A stretch of DNA of 64,000 nt from a bacterium (GCA_021786315.1 JAJYNN010000002.1:462997-526996); one strand, 5' to 3'. Shown: positions 17,502 through 27,449, counted from the stretch's first letter. Translations and numbers: made by a program. Notes: generated by a model from the sequence alone, not told the origin.

Positions 17502-18363
17502 ACCAGCGGGAAAATATTCCGGTGGAAAGCACTCTTTCCCCGGTCTTTTCTTCCAGGCCCAGTTCCCCTGACTCAAAGCTCCCTCCTAAATTGCCCAGAT
17601 AATCCTTAAGAACGTTTTCTAACATTAAGGCGGAAGCGGAGATGGCATAAGCATTAACCAATACAAAAACTGGCTCATTTGTTAGGATCTGGCGGCAAAT
17701 TTGGACCAATTTAGGGAATGACTCATTAAAATCCCACTTCTCCCCTCCCGGTCCATGCCCGTAGATTGGAGGATCCATAATTATCCCGTCGTACCTTACC
17801 CCCCGTTTAATTTCCCTTTGGCAAAACTTGACGGCATCATCCAAAATCCATCTAATAGGTTTATCTTCTAAATTGGAGGCTTTTTGGTTCTCCTTGGCCC
17901 AGCCTATTGCGGGGTATGAGGCGTCAACGTGGGTGACTTTTGCCCCCGCGGAGGCTGCAGCTAAAGAGGCAATTCCGGTATAGGCAAATAGATTCAAGAC
18001 ACTTAGTGATTTCCCCGACTCCTCAATTTTTTCGCGGATAAAGTCCCACTGGATAGATTGCTCAGGGAATACTCCTGTATGTTTAAAAGGTGACAATTTA
18101 CAATAAAAAGTTAAATCTTTATATTTGACCAGCCACTTTTCCGGGACTTTGCTTTTAAAAATCCATTTCCCTTTATCACCGGATGTTTTTTGGAATTTGG
18201 CATCAAAGTTTTCCCAGGTTTGTTGATCAAGTTTGGGTTTCCAAATTGCTTGAGGATCGGGCCTGATTAAGAGGTATGGCCCGAATTTCTCCAGTCTTTG
18301 GCCATTGCCTGAATCGAGTAATTCGTAGTCACCCCATCCTTTAGTCTGTAGGATTTTCATCAT
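17494..18363 (-). CDS. Class I SAM-dependent (rRNA-type, RlmI/RlmK-like) methyltransferase
   Basis: Rossmann MTase motif NLFAYTGIASLAAASAGAKVTHVDAS; DPP-like IMDPPIYG motif. Confidence 0.6.
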   Translation of the reverse strand: MMKILQTKGWGDYELLDSGNGQRLEKFGPYLLIRPDPQAIWKPKLDQQTWENFDAKFQKTSGDKGKWIFKSKVPEKWLVKYKDLTFYCKLSPFKHTGVFPEQSIQWDFIREKIEESGKSLSVLNLFAYTGIASLAAASAGAKVTHVDASYPAIGWAKENQKASNLEDKPIRWILDDAVKFCQREIKRGVRYDGIIMDPPIYGHGPGGEKWDFNESFPKLVQICRQILTNEPVFVLVNAYAISASALMLENVLKDYLGNLGGSFESGELGLEEKTGERVLSTGIFSRWSK

Positions 18364-18410
18364 TCTATTTTAGCATTGTTACTTTCTTTACTGTTTTTTA
18401 TCTTGGGGAG

Positions 18411-19034
18411 TTGTATATTAATGACGTGTTTAAGCTTCCTGATTTACCATATGCCTATAATGCTTTAGAACCCTATATTGACCAAGAGACTATGCACATT
18501 CACCACGATGGGCATCATGCCACTTATGTTAAGAATTTAAACGAGATCTTAGCCGGACATGAGGATTTTTTAGGCATGGGTGTAGAAGAGTTGCTGCAAC
18601 ATTTAGACCAAGTGCCGGAAGATATCCGGATTAAGGTAAAAAATAACGCCGGAGGCCATTACCATCATTCTATTTTTTGGACAATATTAGCCCCTGAAGG
18701 AGGCGAGCCTTCCGGAAGACTTCTGGAAGCCTTAAATCAATCTTTTGGCAGTTTTGACGGTTTTAAAACCCAATTCAATAATTCCGCCTCCTCCGTCTTT
18801 GGCAGCGGCTGGACATGGTTGGTAAACGACGCCGGAAGTCTAAAAATAGTCAATTCACCCAACCAGAATTCTCCTATTTCCCTGTTGCAGGTACCAATTT
18901 TAGGAACCGACCTCTGGGAGCATGCTTATTATTTAAAATACAAAAACAAGCGAGCTGAATGGATTGAAAATTTTTGGAAAGTGGTTAACTGGAAAGAGAT
19001 TGAAAATAGATTAGGCGCCTCAGATTTTACCTGA
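18411..19034 (+). CDS. Fe/Mn superoxide dismutase
   Basis: LPDLPYAYNALEPYI, HHDGHHATYV, DLWEHAYYLKYKN metal-ligand motifs. Confidence 0.9.
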   Translation: MYINDVFKLPDLPYAYNALEPYIDQETMHIHHDGHHATYVKNLNEILAGHEDFLGMGVEELLQHLDQVPEDIRIKVKNNAGGHYHHSIFWTILAPEGGEPSGRLLEALNQSFGSFDGFKTQFNNSASSVFGSGWTWLVNDAGSLKIVNSPNQNSPISLLQVPILGTDLWEHAYYLKYKNKRAEWIENFWKVVNWKEIENRLGASDFT

Positions 19035-19048
19035 GGCGCCTTTGTCTC

Positions 19049-20038
19049 TTATTTCATTACGGAAACAAGCGGTATATGGTAAGTATAGTTTACTGATTGA
19101 AGGGTAGATGGCGGTGCTGGGTCAGCAACAATTGAAAATCGTTCATTAAGGCGGGCATAGCGGTTATTTACTATGACATAGAGCTTTCCTGACTGGGTTG
19201 GGCGGTCATTGCCAATCCGGAAGGTAATGGCTGTGTCTTCCCACATCACATCACCTGTCCGGGGGATAACCGACGCCAGAACAGCTACTCCGCCATCGTC
19301 GTGTGCCAGCCAGACCTGCAAGGAATCGACTCTGACGTCCGGAGTCAGGAAATTGTTTCCTGTAATCCGCACCGTGTCGCCCGGCCTGGCAGTAAGAGGC
19401 GTGACGCTGCTGATTGTCGGTCTGGGGTTAGTCCACCAGATGTCAGCGCACTTCTCCGCCTTATTGGTTCCTGTGTAGAGTTCGATTAATCCCTCGGCGC
19501 TGTTTTGTCCGGAATCCCACCAGTCTCCGGGTATGATTTCAACCCAGGATTGGCCGGAATCGGGTGTTAGGTATAGCGTCATGTTTGAGGTGTTACTCAC
19601 CAGGACTTTAGCTGCCTCACTGGGCGATGTTGACTTTAGTTTGAACTGTGGTCCGTTGGCGCAGACTGATGGATTCCACCTGGTTCCTGCGAACGGGTTT
19701 TCTCCGGGGTTCCCTATTTGGAATCCATATACCTGGTACATACCAGAGGACTCGGCGTCGAATTGGGCTCTCGTCCATTCCTGGTTGAGTTGCCGGGTGA
19801 CACCGCTAGGAAGACTATACCGGAAATAGGTTGTTGACTGAACCTGGGCAGCAGGATTGCTCCTGGCTTCCCATGAGGTCATCAAGTGTCCGCTGTTGTC
19901 GGGCTGGCTCCAGGTAACCGTCCAAAAGAAATAGGAAGGTCCTCCCTCTCCAACCGGAGATTCCAGGGTGGCGGCGCTGGCCCAACTTGACGAAAGCGCC
20001 ACAAGGATCGCGATGATTACTGCTGATACTCGCTTCAT
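19049..20038 (-). CDS. Secreted hypothetical protein (signal peptide, possible IPT/TIG-like C-terminus)
   Basis: N-terminal signal MKRVSAVIIAILVALSSSWASA. Confidence 0.5.
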   Translation of the reverse strand: MKRVSAVIIAILVALSSSWASAATLESPVGEGGPSYFFWTVTWSQPDNSGHLMTSWEARSNPAAQVQSTTYFRYSLPSGVTRQLNQEWTRAQFDAESSGMYQVYGFQIGNPGENPFAGTRWNPSVCANGPQFKLKSTSPSEAAKVLVSNTSNMTLYLTPDSGQSWVEIIPGDWWDSGQNSAEGLIELYTGTNKAEKCADIWWTNPRPTISSVTPLTARPGDTVRITGNNFLTPDVRVDSLQVWLAHDDGGVAVLASVIPRTGDVMWEDTAITFRIGNDRPTQSGKLYVIVNNRYARLNERFSIVADPAPPSTLQSVNYTYHIPLVSVMK

Positions 20039-20280
20039 TTTTCCTCCACGTTTGTCTCGTACCTTTTTCCCTTTTAAGATTTGAGAAAAAGCTTGTTATC
20101 TGTAATTTTAAAGAGCTATATAAAACCAAATATCGGCTAGGATTCAGACGGAAAACCGCACTGAGCTAACTTTAACTTGGAAACAATATTTTACTAAAAA
20201 AAGAGAATTAAATCAAATGCTATGAGCCTAATAAAATTAGCCTCTAACCTGAATTTAACATGATTATAGGATAAATTTAA

Positions 20281-20766
20281 TTATTCACCGGGTTTAAGCC
20301 ACTGGATATAGGCACAACCGGTAGCCTTTTTGGCTTCCTTGTCCCAGCCTGCAGTGGAACATTTCTTCATTCTTTTGCCGTTAGCTGTGGTGAATAAAAC
20401 CAAAGCTGCTCCGCAATCGGGGCACATTTCGTCTAAAGTTTCAGAAGTTCCGTTAATCCACTCAACATAGTCGCAACCTGTGGCTTGTTTGGCTTCCTTG
20501 TCCCAGCCTCCGGCGGAGCACTTTTTCATCTTCTTGCCAAAACGGGTCACTTGCATGATTAAAGCTGATCCGCATTTAGGACACTTTTCATCTAATTCCT
20601 GAGGCTCAACCTGCATCCACAAAACATAATCACAACCTTCGTTTTGCCTGGTTTGGGCATTCCAGGAACCGGCTGAACACCGGCGGAGCTTCCTGCCTGT
20701 TGGAGTTTCAATAACATCACCTAAAGCGGAGCCGCACTTTGGACAACTTTCGGAAGTATCTGACAT
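20281..20766 (-). CDS. Protein made of three tandem topoisomerase-type C4 zinc-ribbon modules
   Basis: Three repeats of CPKCGSAL..G(R/K)K..KCS.GGW....K...GCDY..W; the DNA also shows ~165-bp internal tandem repeats. Confidence 0.6.
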   Translation of the reverse strand: MSDTSESCPKCGSALGDVIETPTGRKLRRCSAGSWNAQTRQNEGCDYVLWMQVEPQELDEKCPKCGSALIMQVTRFGKKMKKCSAGGWDKEAKQATGCDYVEWINGTSETLDEMCPDCGAALVLFTTANGKRMKKCSTAGWDKEAKKATGCAYIQWLKPGE

Positions 20767-20835
20767 GAAATTTAGAATACCACAATTATTTAATAAATTA
20801 CAGATAATATTTTTGTTCTATGCTAAAAATTAGCA

Positions 20836-21159
20836 GTGATCTCCTTTTTAACAGTCTTTTTAAGGCTACTTCGGGGTCTATGGAATGGCTTTAAAATCCC
20901 TGAATTTCGGGCTTTAGCTTTGGTTTTGGCAGGCCTACTTCTTACCGGCACAATTTTTTACAGCCGGATAGAACACTGGAAACCCCTTGATGCATTGTAT
21001 TTTTGTGTAGTGATGTTAGCTACAGTTGGCTTTGGGGATTTGACGCCTAAAACGGATTTGGGGAAGGCATTTACCATTTTGTATATTTTTGTCGGAGTGG
21101 GGATTTTAGCCAGTTTTATAACTCTTTTGGCAACTTATTCCCAGAAAAAGAGGGATTAA
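20836..21159 (+). CDS. Two-TM pore-only potassium channel
   Basis: Selectivity filter TVGFGD between two TM helices. Confidence 0.75.
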   Translation: MISFLTVFLRLLRGLWNGFKIPEFRALALVLAGLLLTGTIFYSRIEHWKPLDALYFCVVMLATVGFGDLTPKTDLGKAFTILYIFVGVGILASFITLLATYSQKKRD

Positions 21160-21194
21160 TACTCCATTGAGGAAGTTAAAGCCATTCATTGTGC

Positions 21195-21395
21195 TTAAGT
21201 AATCTTGTGCCAAAGATCTTTCGCCTGGTCTTTGATATCGTCGACAACATTTCTACCCTTATCTTCGGCCTTTTTAGCCAACATATCCTGATGACTTTTA
21301 TTTTTGGCCATCTCTTTCATATGCTCTGTCTTCTCCCTTTCGTTGGCGGCGGTAAAGTCGCCTGCCGGACATCTCCAATATGCCATACCTCTCAC
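21195..21395 (-). CDS. Small charged hypothetical protein (CsbD-like character, uncertain)
   Basis: ORF only; K/D/E-rich. Confidence 0.3.
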   Translation of the reverse strand: MRGMAYWRCPAGDFTAANEREKTEHMKEMAKNKSHQDMLAKKAEDKGRNVVDDIKDQAKDLWHKIT

Positions 21396-21467
21396 CTCCT
21401 TTAAGGCTTATATCATGAAACACCCCAGTAAATTCCCTGTTATAAGGTGGCATGTAATCTGTAAGAC

Positions 21468-21845
21468 ATGGAGGTTGACTACTTATTAGAGAATGTTATT
21501 ATTAATATAGTGAAACTTCTTTTTAACTGGTTAATTTCTGCTTTGGTAATCCTCTCTGTCCCCTATATTCTTCCGGGGGTGCATGTTCAAAGCTTTACTG
21601 TGGCACTGGTTGTGGCGTTGGTTTTGGGTATAATTAATGCTTTCCTGCGGCCTCTCCTTTTATTTTTAACCTTGCCTTTAAATATCCTGACCTTTGGTTT
21701 ATTTACCCTGGTAATTAACGCCGTATTAATTATGCTTACAGGATCGCTTGTTTCCGGGTTTGTGGTGGATAACTTTTGGTGGGCTTTGCTTTTTGGACTG
21801 GCGCTTTCTGTAATTAATACATTCCTGCGTAAGATTTCCCGCTAG
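21468..21845 (+). CDS. DUF360 (putative 4-TM holin-like) membrane protein
   Basis: Four hydrophobic helices; PYILPGV..INAFLRPLL pattern. Confidence 0.6.
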   Translation: MEVDYLLENVIINIVKLLFNWLISALVILSVPYILPGVHVQSFTVALVVALVLGIINAFLRPLLLFLTLPLNILTFGLFTLVINAVLIMLTGSLVSGFVVDNFWWALLFGLALSVINTFLRKISR

Positions 21846-24490
21846 GTCACAAAGGCCGGGTTCTTAATATAGTATTTATTATCCGTAATGTAGTTTGTGA
21901 TAACGTAGTCGGCGTTCATATTGGTTGTTAAGGTAAAGTCTGCCATCTTAAAGTCATCGTTAAAGAAAATTACCGCTTTGATGTTGGGCATGGTAGGGAT
22001 GTCTTCTGACAGGGTTTGTTCAAACCAAAGGTATTTTAAGCCTCCGGCGCTTGAGGATGAGGTCTCAGCCACCATTATCGGCTTATGGTAATTGGATAAA
22101 ATAGTATAAGTATCATAAGCCAGACTCTTGAAGGAGTTCCAGTAGGTTACCCCCGGATTAGAGGTTCCCCAGTTAAACCCGGAAAAACCCACCCAGTCAA
22201 CATACTGGTCTCCCGGATAGTATTTAACAATAGAATCTCTATTGCCGTCGGCATCTGTGGCATTGGGAGCCCAAATCCACATGACATTATTGGCATGCTC
22301 TTCCTGGAAAATATTGTAAACATGTATCCACATCTTGATGTAATCATCAGGCGTATTGCCATTTATGTCTCCCCAGGGGTACCAGTTACCGTTCATCTCG
22401 TGGGCAAAACGGAGGAAGAAAGGTTTACGGTAGGCAGCTGCTTCCCTTGCCCATTGGTGGATGTAGCTGTCGTATTGGCCACTGGCTATAGCTTTGGGGG
22501 AGTATTGGGTTTGCTCGGTTGAGCCCTTAACAGGATCACCTTTTGACGGATCCCAAGGCTCCCAGGTAATTACCGGTACAACATTTTGGTTAGATAAAGC
22601 ATTCATAAAATTCAAATCAAATTGTGGTTCGCTTCCCCATTCCTGGTAAAACATGACCAATGATGGTTTTTCTCCGGAAATTACCCCCACTTCCGGATCT
22701 TTTGGGTGGGTATTTAAGCTTGGCAGGTAATAACCATAATAGGCTCCATTTTCCGGAATGACCAGCTTCTGTTGCTTAATGGTATTGGCGAGGAACAAGT
22801 TTGGCGATCCTTCTGTAGCAAAAGTATAGATACTTGTACTGTTGGTAATTAGCAGAATCACGGCTAAAGCAAATGCCGGTTTGACAAGGACTTTTCCGGA
22901 GAATTTTACCCATCTGAATAACAAATCCAGAGGTTTAAAAATAAAGTCTTCTATTGGCTGTATATGGTAATTCTCCCGAAAGATTAGATAAAACCCTAAG
23001 GCCAGGATTGTGGTATCGAAAGTTGCCCAGAAATAATTAAAAAAACCGCCCAAGTAATGAGTTAAACTATGGGTGATACTGTAATAAAGCCCGATGGCTA
23101 AAACAGCCAGGATTACAAGTTGTACTCGGTAAACATTAAACACGTTTTCCTTTTGGTATTTTTTGATTGTGACAACAAAACTCGACCTCTTACCTAAAAT
23201 ACTGGAGACAAGGGCTCTGACAAAAACCGGGAAGGAAATAACATCCAGGACGATACTTTTTAACGGTTCCCGGAAAAGCATCCCGAACATGACAAAGTTA
23301 TAAATCAAATATGGGCCGTAAATTAGAAGCAGAAAATTTATGGTGTTTGGCTTGATTGGTGAAATGCCGAAGAACAGATACGGAATTGGAGCCAAAATTA
23401 AGATTAAATCCCTGAGGCCGATAAGGTAATATGTCGCGGCCACTAAATAGTGGAATTTTTGTTTTAAGGTTAAGGGTCCGAAAAGTATGTGTTTAAAGTA
23501 AGCCCTGGTGACATCAAAGTTGCCCTTTGACCAACGCTGCTGTTGGGAAAAATATGCCTTTAGGGATTCAGGAGCCATACCGTAAGCTAATACCTTGGGC
23601 ATGAAAACTCCCCTTTTCCCTTTCATATGCAATTCCAAAGAAGTTGCATAGTCCTCAGTGATAAACCTGGTGTCCATCCCTCCGACAGAATTCAAGGCCT
23701 CACGCCTGATCATAAAATTCGTACCGCACAAAAACAGTGCGTTATTGTAACCTGTTGCCGGGCAAACATGGTCAAAGAAAAATATCTGGTGGGCGGCTGC
23801 CCCTTTAGCCACCCATGATTGCTCATTTTGGTATCTTTGCGGACTTTGGACGAAGTCGATCTTTGGGTTTTTAAACGGTTTTGTCATCTCCAGTAAAAAT
23901 TCGTCCGTTGCTTTAAAGTCCGAATCAAAAACAACGTCTAAGGTATTGTGGGGGTCAGGGGTTTCAAGGGTTTTTAATGCATTATTTATATTCCCTGCCT
24001 TAAAACCTCCCGGTATTTGACGGGTGATGCATCTTACCCCCATGTTTTCCGCCAGTTGTTCAATTTCCTGCCAGTTGTCCTTATCGGCGACATATCCGTC
24101 GTTTAAAACTACAACCTGGGGTCTGTGTACGGGTTTAATTGTTTTGGTATAGGTGTCAGCGGCATTCTTGGCTCCCTGGATAGTGTTTCTGACGATATCA
24201 GTTGGTTCCCCACAAACGCAAATCAATAGATTAATCCGCAGGTTACGGTCATAATTAATATCTTCCCATTTGTCGTAATTGCGCGGCCAGAGATTATAAA
24301 ACATGCCGAAAAGATGAAGAATTGTATGGGATTCAGCCAAAAATACAATAATGCTGAAGATGGCAATAACAGGAGTGAGATTTATATATTGGATACGGAA
24401 GTAAACATAAAACGAAAGTAAGATAACCCCTAAAATTAGAACAATTTTCTTCCCCAGCTCACGTAAACCTTCCATTGGACTGCTCTCCAA
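21842..24490 (-). CDS. Fusion of a processive GT2 glycosyltransferase (cellulose-synthase-like, N-terminal) and a GH26-like glycoside hydrolase (C-terminal)
   Basis: GT2 motifs DGY, DSDF, QSPQRYQNE, QQQRWSKGN (QxxRW) and multiple TMs; C-terminal WEPWDPSKG ... FLRFAHEMNGNWYPWG ... VAETSS, GH26/clan GH-A like. Confidence 0.75.
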   Translation of the reverse strand: MESSPMEGLRELGKKIVLILGVILLSFYVYFRIQYINLTPVIAIFSIIVFLAESHTILHLFGMFYNLWPRNYDKWEDINYDRNLRINLLICVCGEPTDIVRNTIQGAKNAADTYTKTIKPVHRPQVVVLNDGYVADKDNWQEIEQLAENMGVRCITRQIPGGFKAGNINNALKTLETPDPHNTLDVVFDSDFKATDEFLLEMTKPFKNPKIDFVQSPQRYQNEQSWVAKGAAAHQIFFFDHVCPATGYNNALFLCGTNFMIRREALNSVGGMDTRFITEDYATSLELHMKGKRGVFMPKVLAYGMAPESLKAYFSQQQRWSKGNFDVTRAYFKHILFGPLTLKQKFHYLVAATYYLIGLRDLILILAPIPYLFFGISPIKPNTINFLLLIYGPYLIYNFVMFGMLFREPLKSIVLDVISFPVFVRALVSSILGKRSSFVVTIKKYQKENVFNVYRVQLVILAVLAIGLYYSITHSLTHYLGGFFNYFWATFDTTILALGFYLIFRENYHIQPIEDFIFKPLDLLFRWVKFSGKVLVKPAFALAVILLITNSTSIYTFATEGSPNLFLANTIKQQKLVIPENGAYYGYYLPSLNTHPKDPEVGVISGEKPSLVMFYQEWGSEPQFDLNFMNALSNQNVVPVITWEPWDPSKGDPVKGSTEQTQYSPKAIASGQYDSYIHQWAREAAAYRKPFFLRFAHEMNGNWYPWGDINGNTPDDYIKMWIHVYNIFQEEHANNVMWIWAPNATDADGNRDSIVKYYPGDQYVDWVGFSGFNWGTSNPGVTYWNSFKSLAYDTYTILSNYHKPIMVAETSSSSAGGLKYLWFEQTLSEDIPTMPNIKAVIFFNDDFKMADFTLTTNMNADYVITNYITDNKYYIKNPAFVT

Positions 24491-24571
24491 GGGTTAAAAC
24501 GAAGCAAGGAGGCAAACGTAACACTAGCCTTGCGGTAAATGGAGTTAGCGGAGGATAGTTTTAGAAAAAGA

Positions 24572-25405
24572 TTATTTTTTACCGTTTCCGTTATTTCTTG
24601 TATGACCTTGGGGATTAGGTGAATCCTGTTTTGGGGACTGGTTCTCTGATGGCCGGTTTGAATTGTTGTCAGGATGAGGACTTTGGCTATTGTTTATTGG
24701 AGGTGAGATTGCAGGTGTTTGTTGTGAAGAACCGCCGCTTGGGGTAATGGCGCGGTTAGGGCTTATTTCAGGCGGCGCTTGCTCGATTATTAGGGTTGGT
24801 GCAGAAAGTGGGATTTGTTTACTGGCGCCTTCTATTTCAGGCTCACTTTTTTGTGTGTTTGGAAGGGCATCTTTTTCATCTTTTTCTATGTCTTTAACCG
24901 CTTTGCTTGCCTCCGGAAGCTTTTTATTTATCTGGTCATCGTCTAAATGGCCCACCTCTTTGACTTCTTCAATGCTTTGTTTATAACCATTAAGTCCTCT
25001 TTCTATTAAATCTGTTTTGCCTTGTTGTTCCAGCTGTCTTAATTCTTCTGCCCGTCGCTCCACTACTTTAAGCGCAAGGTCTGTCTTTAACTGTTGGGTT
25101 GGAACGGCAGCTATTGCTACTTGTTCTGTTGCTGTCTTGATGGGATAAAGGGGATCAGAAGGCAGTGAGGATTGGGAAGCAAAGGCTATACCTGCTCCGG
25201 ACACCAAAAATGCAAGTGAGGTTGCTGCGATATATCTTAATGGCTTAAAAAACCAGGATGTCTTTTTTGTAAGTATAGGTTGAGGGCTGGTAATATAGTT
25301 TAATAATCTTTTCCGGGTATTAATTTTAAATAAAGGGTCTGGTTTACTTTCATTAAGTTCTGAAAGGTTACTCAGAATTTTTTCCAAGCTTTTGCTTTTT
25401 TTCAT
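24572..25405 (-). CDS. Putative anti-sigma factor (single-pass membrane protein downstream of the ECF sigma)
   Basis: Gene context; one TM (LRYIAATSLAFLVSGAGIAFA); extracytoplasmic low-complexity tail. Confidence 0.45.
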   Translation of the reverse strand: MKKSKSLEKILSNLSELNESKPDPLFKINTRKRLLNYITSPQPILTKKTSWFFKPLRYIAATSLAFLVSGAGIAFASQSSLPSDPLYPIKTATEQVAIAAVPTQQLKTDLALKVVERRAEELRQLEQQGKTDLIERGLNGYKQSIEEVKEVGHLDDDQINKKLPEASKAVKDIEKDEKDALPNTQKSEPEIEGASKQIPLSAPTLIIEQAPPEISPNRAITPSGGSSQQTPAISPPINNSQSPHPDNNSNRPSENQSPKQDSPNPQGHTRNNGNGKK

Positions 25406-25536
25406 TTAGCTTTTTCTTGTTTCCCAATTTTAGCTATGAGCTTTTTTTTCATATTTATTTTTGTTTCCTTATCCGGGTTTACTTCCGACATGAATTTCAG
25501 ATGTTTTAAGGTATCTTCTAGTTTTATCTGAGTCAT
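25402..25536 (-). CDS. Possible 44-aa lysine-rich ORF between the sigma and anti-sigma genes; its TGA overlaps the downstream ATG (ATGA)
   Basis: Hand translation MTQIKLEDTLKHLKFMSEVNPDKETKINMKKKLIAKIGKQEKAK; not in the ORF track (<60 aa). Confidence 0.25.
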   Translation of the reverse strand: MTQIKLEDTLKHLKFMSEVNPDKETKINMKKKLIAKIGKQEKAK

Positions 25537-25539
25537 TTT

Positions 25540-26088
25540 TTAAGATTTCTGCCATTCTAACACCTTTTTTAAAGCCTTAAGCGCCCTACTTTGTAAAACC
25601 CTGACCTGCTCTACCGGTTTATCCAGGATTAACCCGATTTCCTTATTTTCCCGCTCTTCAATAAACTTAAAGATGATTATTTCCTGGTATGTGCTTGGAA
25701 GCTGCCTTATGCCTTGCAAAATCATTTGCTTTTGTATATTTTGCTCGGCGATATCCTCAGGATTTGGTTTCTTATCCTCTATTTCAGAAGTTTCATCGAG
25801 CTGGACGGATTGTTTTTTTGTGCGGTAATGGTCGACCAATTGATTGCGGGCAATCCTAAAAACCCAGGCTTCAAAAGGCAGCCCGTTATCGTGGTAGGTG
25901 CTTAACTTTTCATAAGCCTTTAAAAAGACGCTTTCGGTCAAATCCTCCGACTCCTCCTTATTTCCGGTTCTAAAATACATAAATCTGTATATGCGGTCAA
26001 TTAAGTAATCATATATTTTGCCAAATGATTCCCTATCCCCCTTTTGGGCGTTTTTTACCAATAATCGAATTTCATCCTGATCTTTCAT
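25540..26088 (-). CDS. ECF-type RNA polymerase sigma-70 family factor
   Basis: Region 2 (YRFMYFRTGNKEESEDLTESVFLKAYEK) and region 4 HTH. Confidence 0.8.
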   Translation of the reverse strand: MKDQDEIRLLVKNAQKGDRESFGKIYDYLIDRIYRFMYFRTGNKEESEDLTESVFLKAYEKLSTYHDNGLPFEAWVFRIARNQLVDHYRTKKQSVQLDETSEIEDKKPNPEDIAEQNIQKQMILQGIRQLPSTYQEIIIFKFIEERENKEIGLILDKPVEQVRVLQSRALKALKKVLEWQKS

Positions 26089-26228
26089 AAGTAGAAACGA
26101 AGAACTTGCAAAAACGTAACTTTGATGTTCCCTATATCTTGAAAGCTCCAGGGTCAGAGTAACTTATTAATGTGGAGGAAAGTACAGTAAAAGGTAATAA
26201 ACAGGAAAGAAATTAAAGCTTTACTTAC

Positions 26229-27449
26229 CTAGGGCATGTAAGTTTTAAATGCCTGCAGAGAAGTTGCCGAAGAATCGATGCGCCAGTCAGTTTCTTTATT
26301 TAAATCGAACCAGGTTATTTCAGAAACCTTAGGGAATAGGTTAGGTAGGGCGTTGGTAAACATATCTTTAACCCAAGCTGCCTTGTCTCCCCCTTGTTCA
26401 GCAGAAGCGGTTTCAGCGATATAGATTGGTTTGTTATATGTCCGGGTTAAGAAATTATAGGCGTTGGAAAAAACACCAGAGAAGCTTCTCCAACCTGAGC
26501 TGTTGGTGGTTCCGGAATTATAGCCATCAATACCGATAATATCTACGACATCATCCCCAGGGTAAAATTGGGAAGCAGTTGAGATATCCGTATAGGGCAC
26601 ATTGTCCGAGTTAATCGCCCACATCCAGGAAACGTTAGTTACGCCCTGGGCGCGGAACAGGTTTACGATATAGCGGTAAGCGGCCTTGTAATCATCCGGC
26701 CGGTTGCCCCAGGGGTACCAGTTGCCGTTCATTTCATGGCCAAAACGGATCACGACCGGACCGCCATAGCTTTTGACTGAGTTGGCAAAATTTATAAGGT
26801 AAGCATCCTGGCTTCCGGTTGGGATTGCTTTAAGGTAATCAGTTGATTGGTTCATGCCCTGAGACGGATCCCAAGGCTCCCAGGCAATAATCAGTTTCAT
26901 ATTCCTGGATTTGGCATAGGCAAGGTCGGATGAGCTTAGATCCCGGTAAGGTGAACCAAATTGCTTAAAGAAAGAAAGGTGACTGACCGGCTTACCCAGT
27001 TCTGATTCGACAGTGGTTACCCCGGTAGAAGTATTCCAGTCGTTAATAACCACTCCCATCTTAACGTTGGAAGTGACAGGCACTATTGTTGGCGCCGTGG
27101 TTGGGGTGGCAACCGGAGCGGAAGTTAGGGTAGGAGTCGCTGTACCAGATGAAGGTACTGATGTTGGAGCCACAGTGGGCTGAATGGAAGGGGCTACAGT
27201 CGGTGAACTGGATATGGTTGGGGATGGAGTTACACTGGGAGTAGACCCTGCGAACTTATCGTGGTTCTTGTTGCTATGAGTATTGGCAGCCAAAGCAACT
27301 TGGACCAAAGGGCTTAAGTTGCCAAGATTACCTTTCACGGCATAAGTATATCCTCCCAGGGCCAATAAGACTGTGGCCAGGATAACAGAGAGAAAGAGCC
27401 GTGGATTTTCCGAAAAAACTCTCCTGAGGAGAGCGGAGATTTTAGGCAT
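26229..27449 (-). CDS. Secreted/anchored GH26-like glycoside hydrolase with Pro/Thr/Ser-rich linker
   Basis: WEPWDPSQG ... IRFGHEMNGNWYPWG ... IYIAETAS; N-terminal TM; PT-rich linker. Confidence 0.7.
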   Translation of the reverse strand: MPKISALLRRVFSENPRLFLSVILATVLLALGGYTYAVKGNLGNLSPLVQVALAANTHSNKNHDKFAGSTPSVTPSPTISSSPTVAPSIQPTVAPTSVPSSGTATPTLTSAPVATPTTAPTIVPVTSNVKMGVVINDWNTSTGVTTVESELGKPVSHLSFFKQFGSPYRDLSSSDLAYAKSRNMKLIIAWEPWDPSQGMNQSTDYLKAIPTGSQDAYLINFANSVKSYGGPVVIRFGHEMNGNWYPWGNRPDDYKAAYRYIVNLFRAQGVTNVSWMWAINSDNVPYTDISTASQFYPGDDVVDIIGIDGYNSGTTNSSGWRSFSGVFSNAYNFLTRTYNKPIYIAETASAEQGGDKAAWVKDMFTNALPNLFPKVSEITWFDLNKETDWRIDSSATSLQAFKTYMP

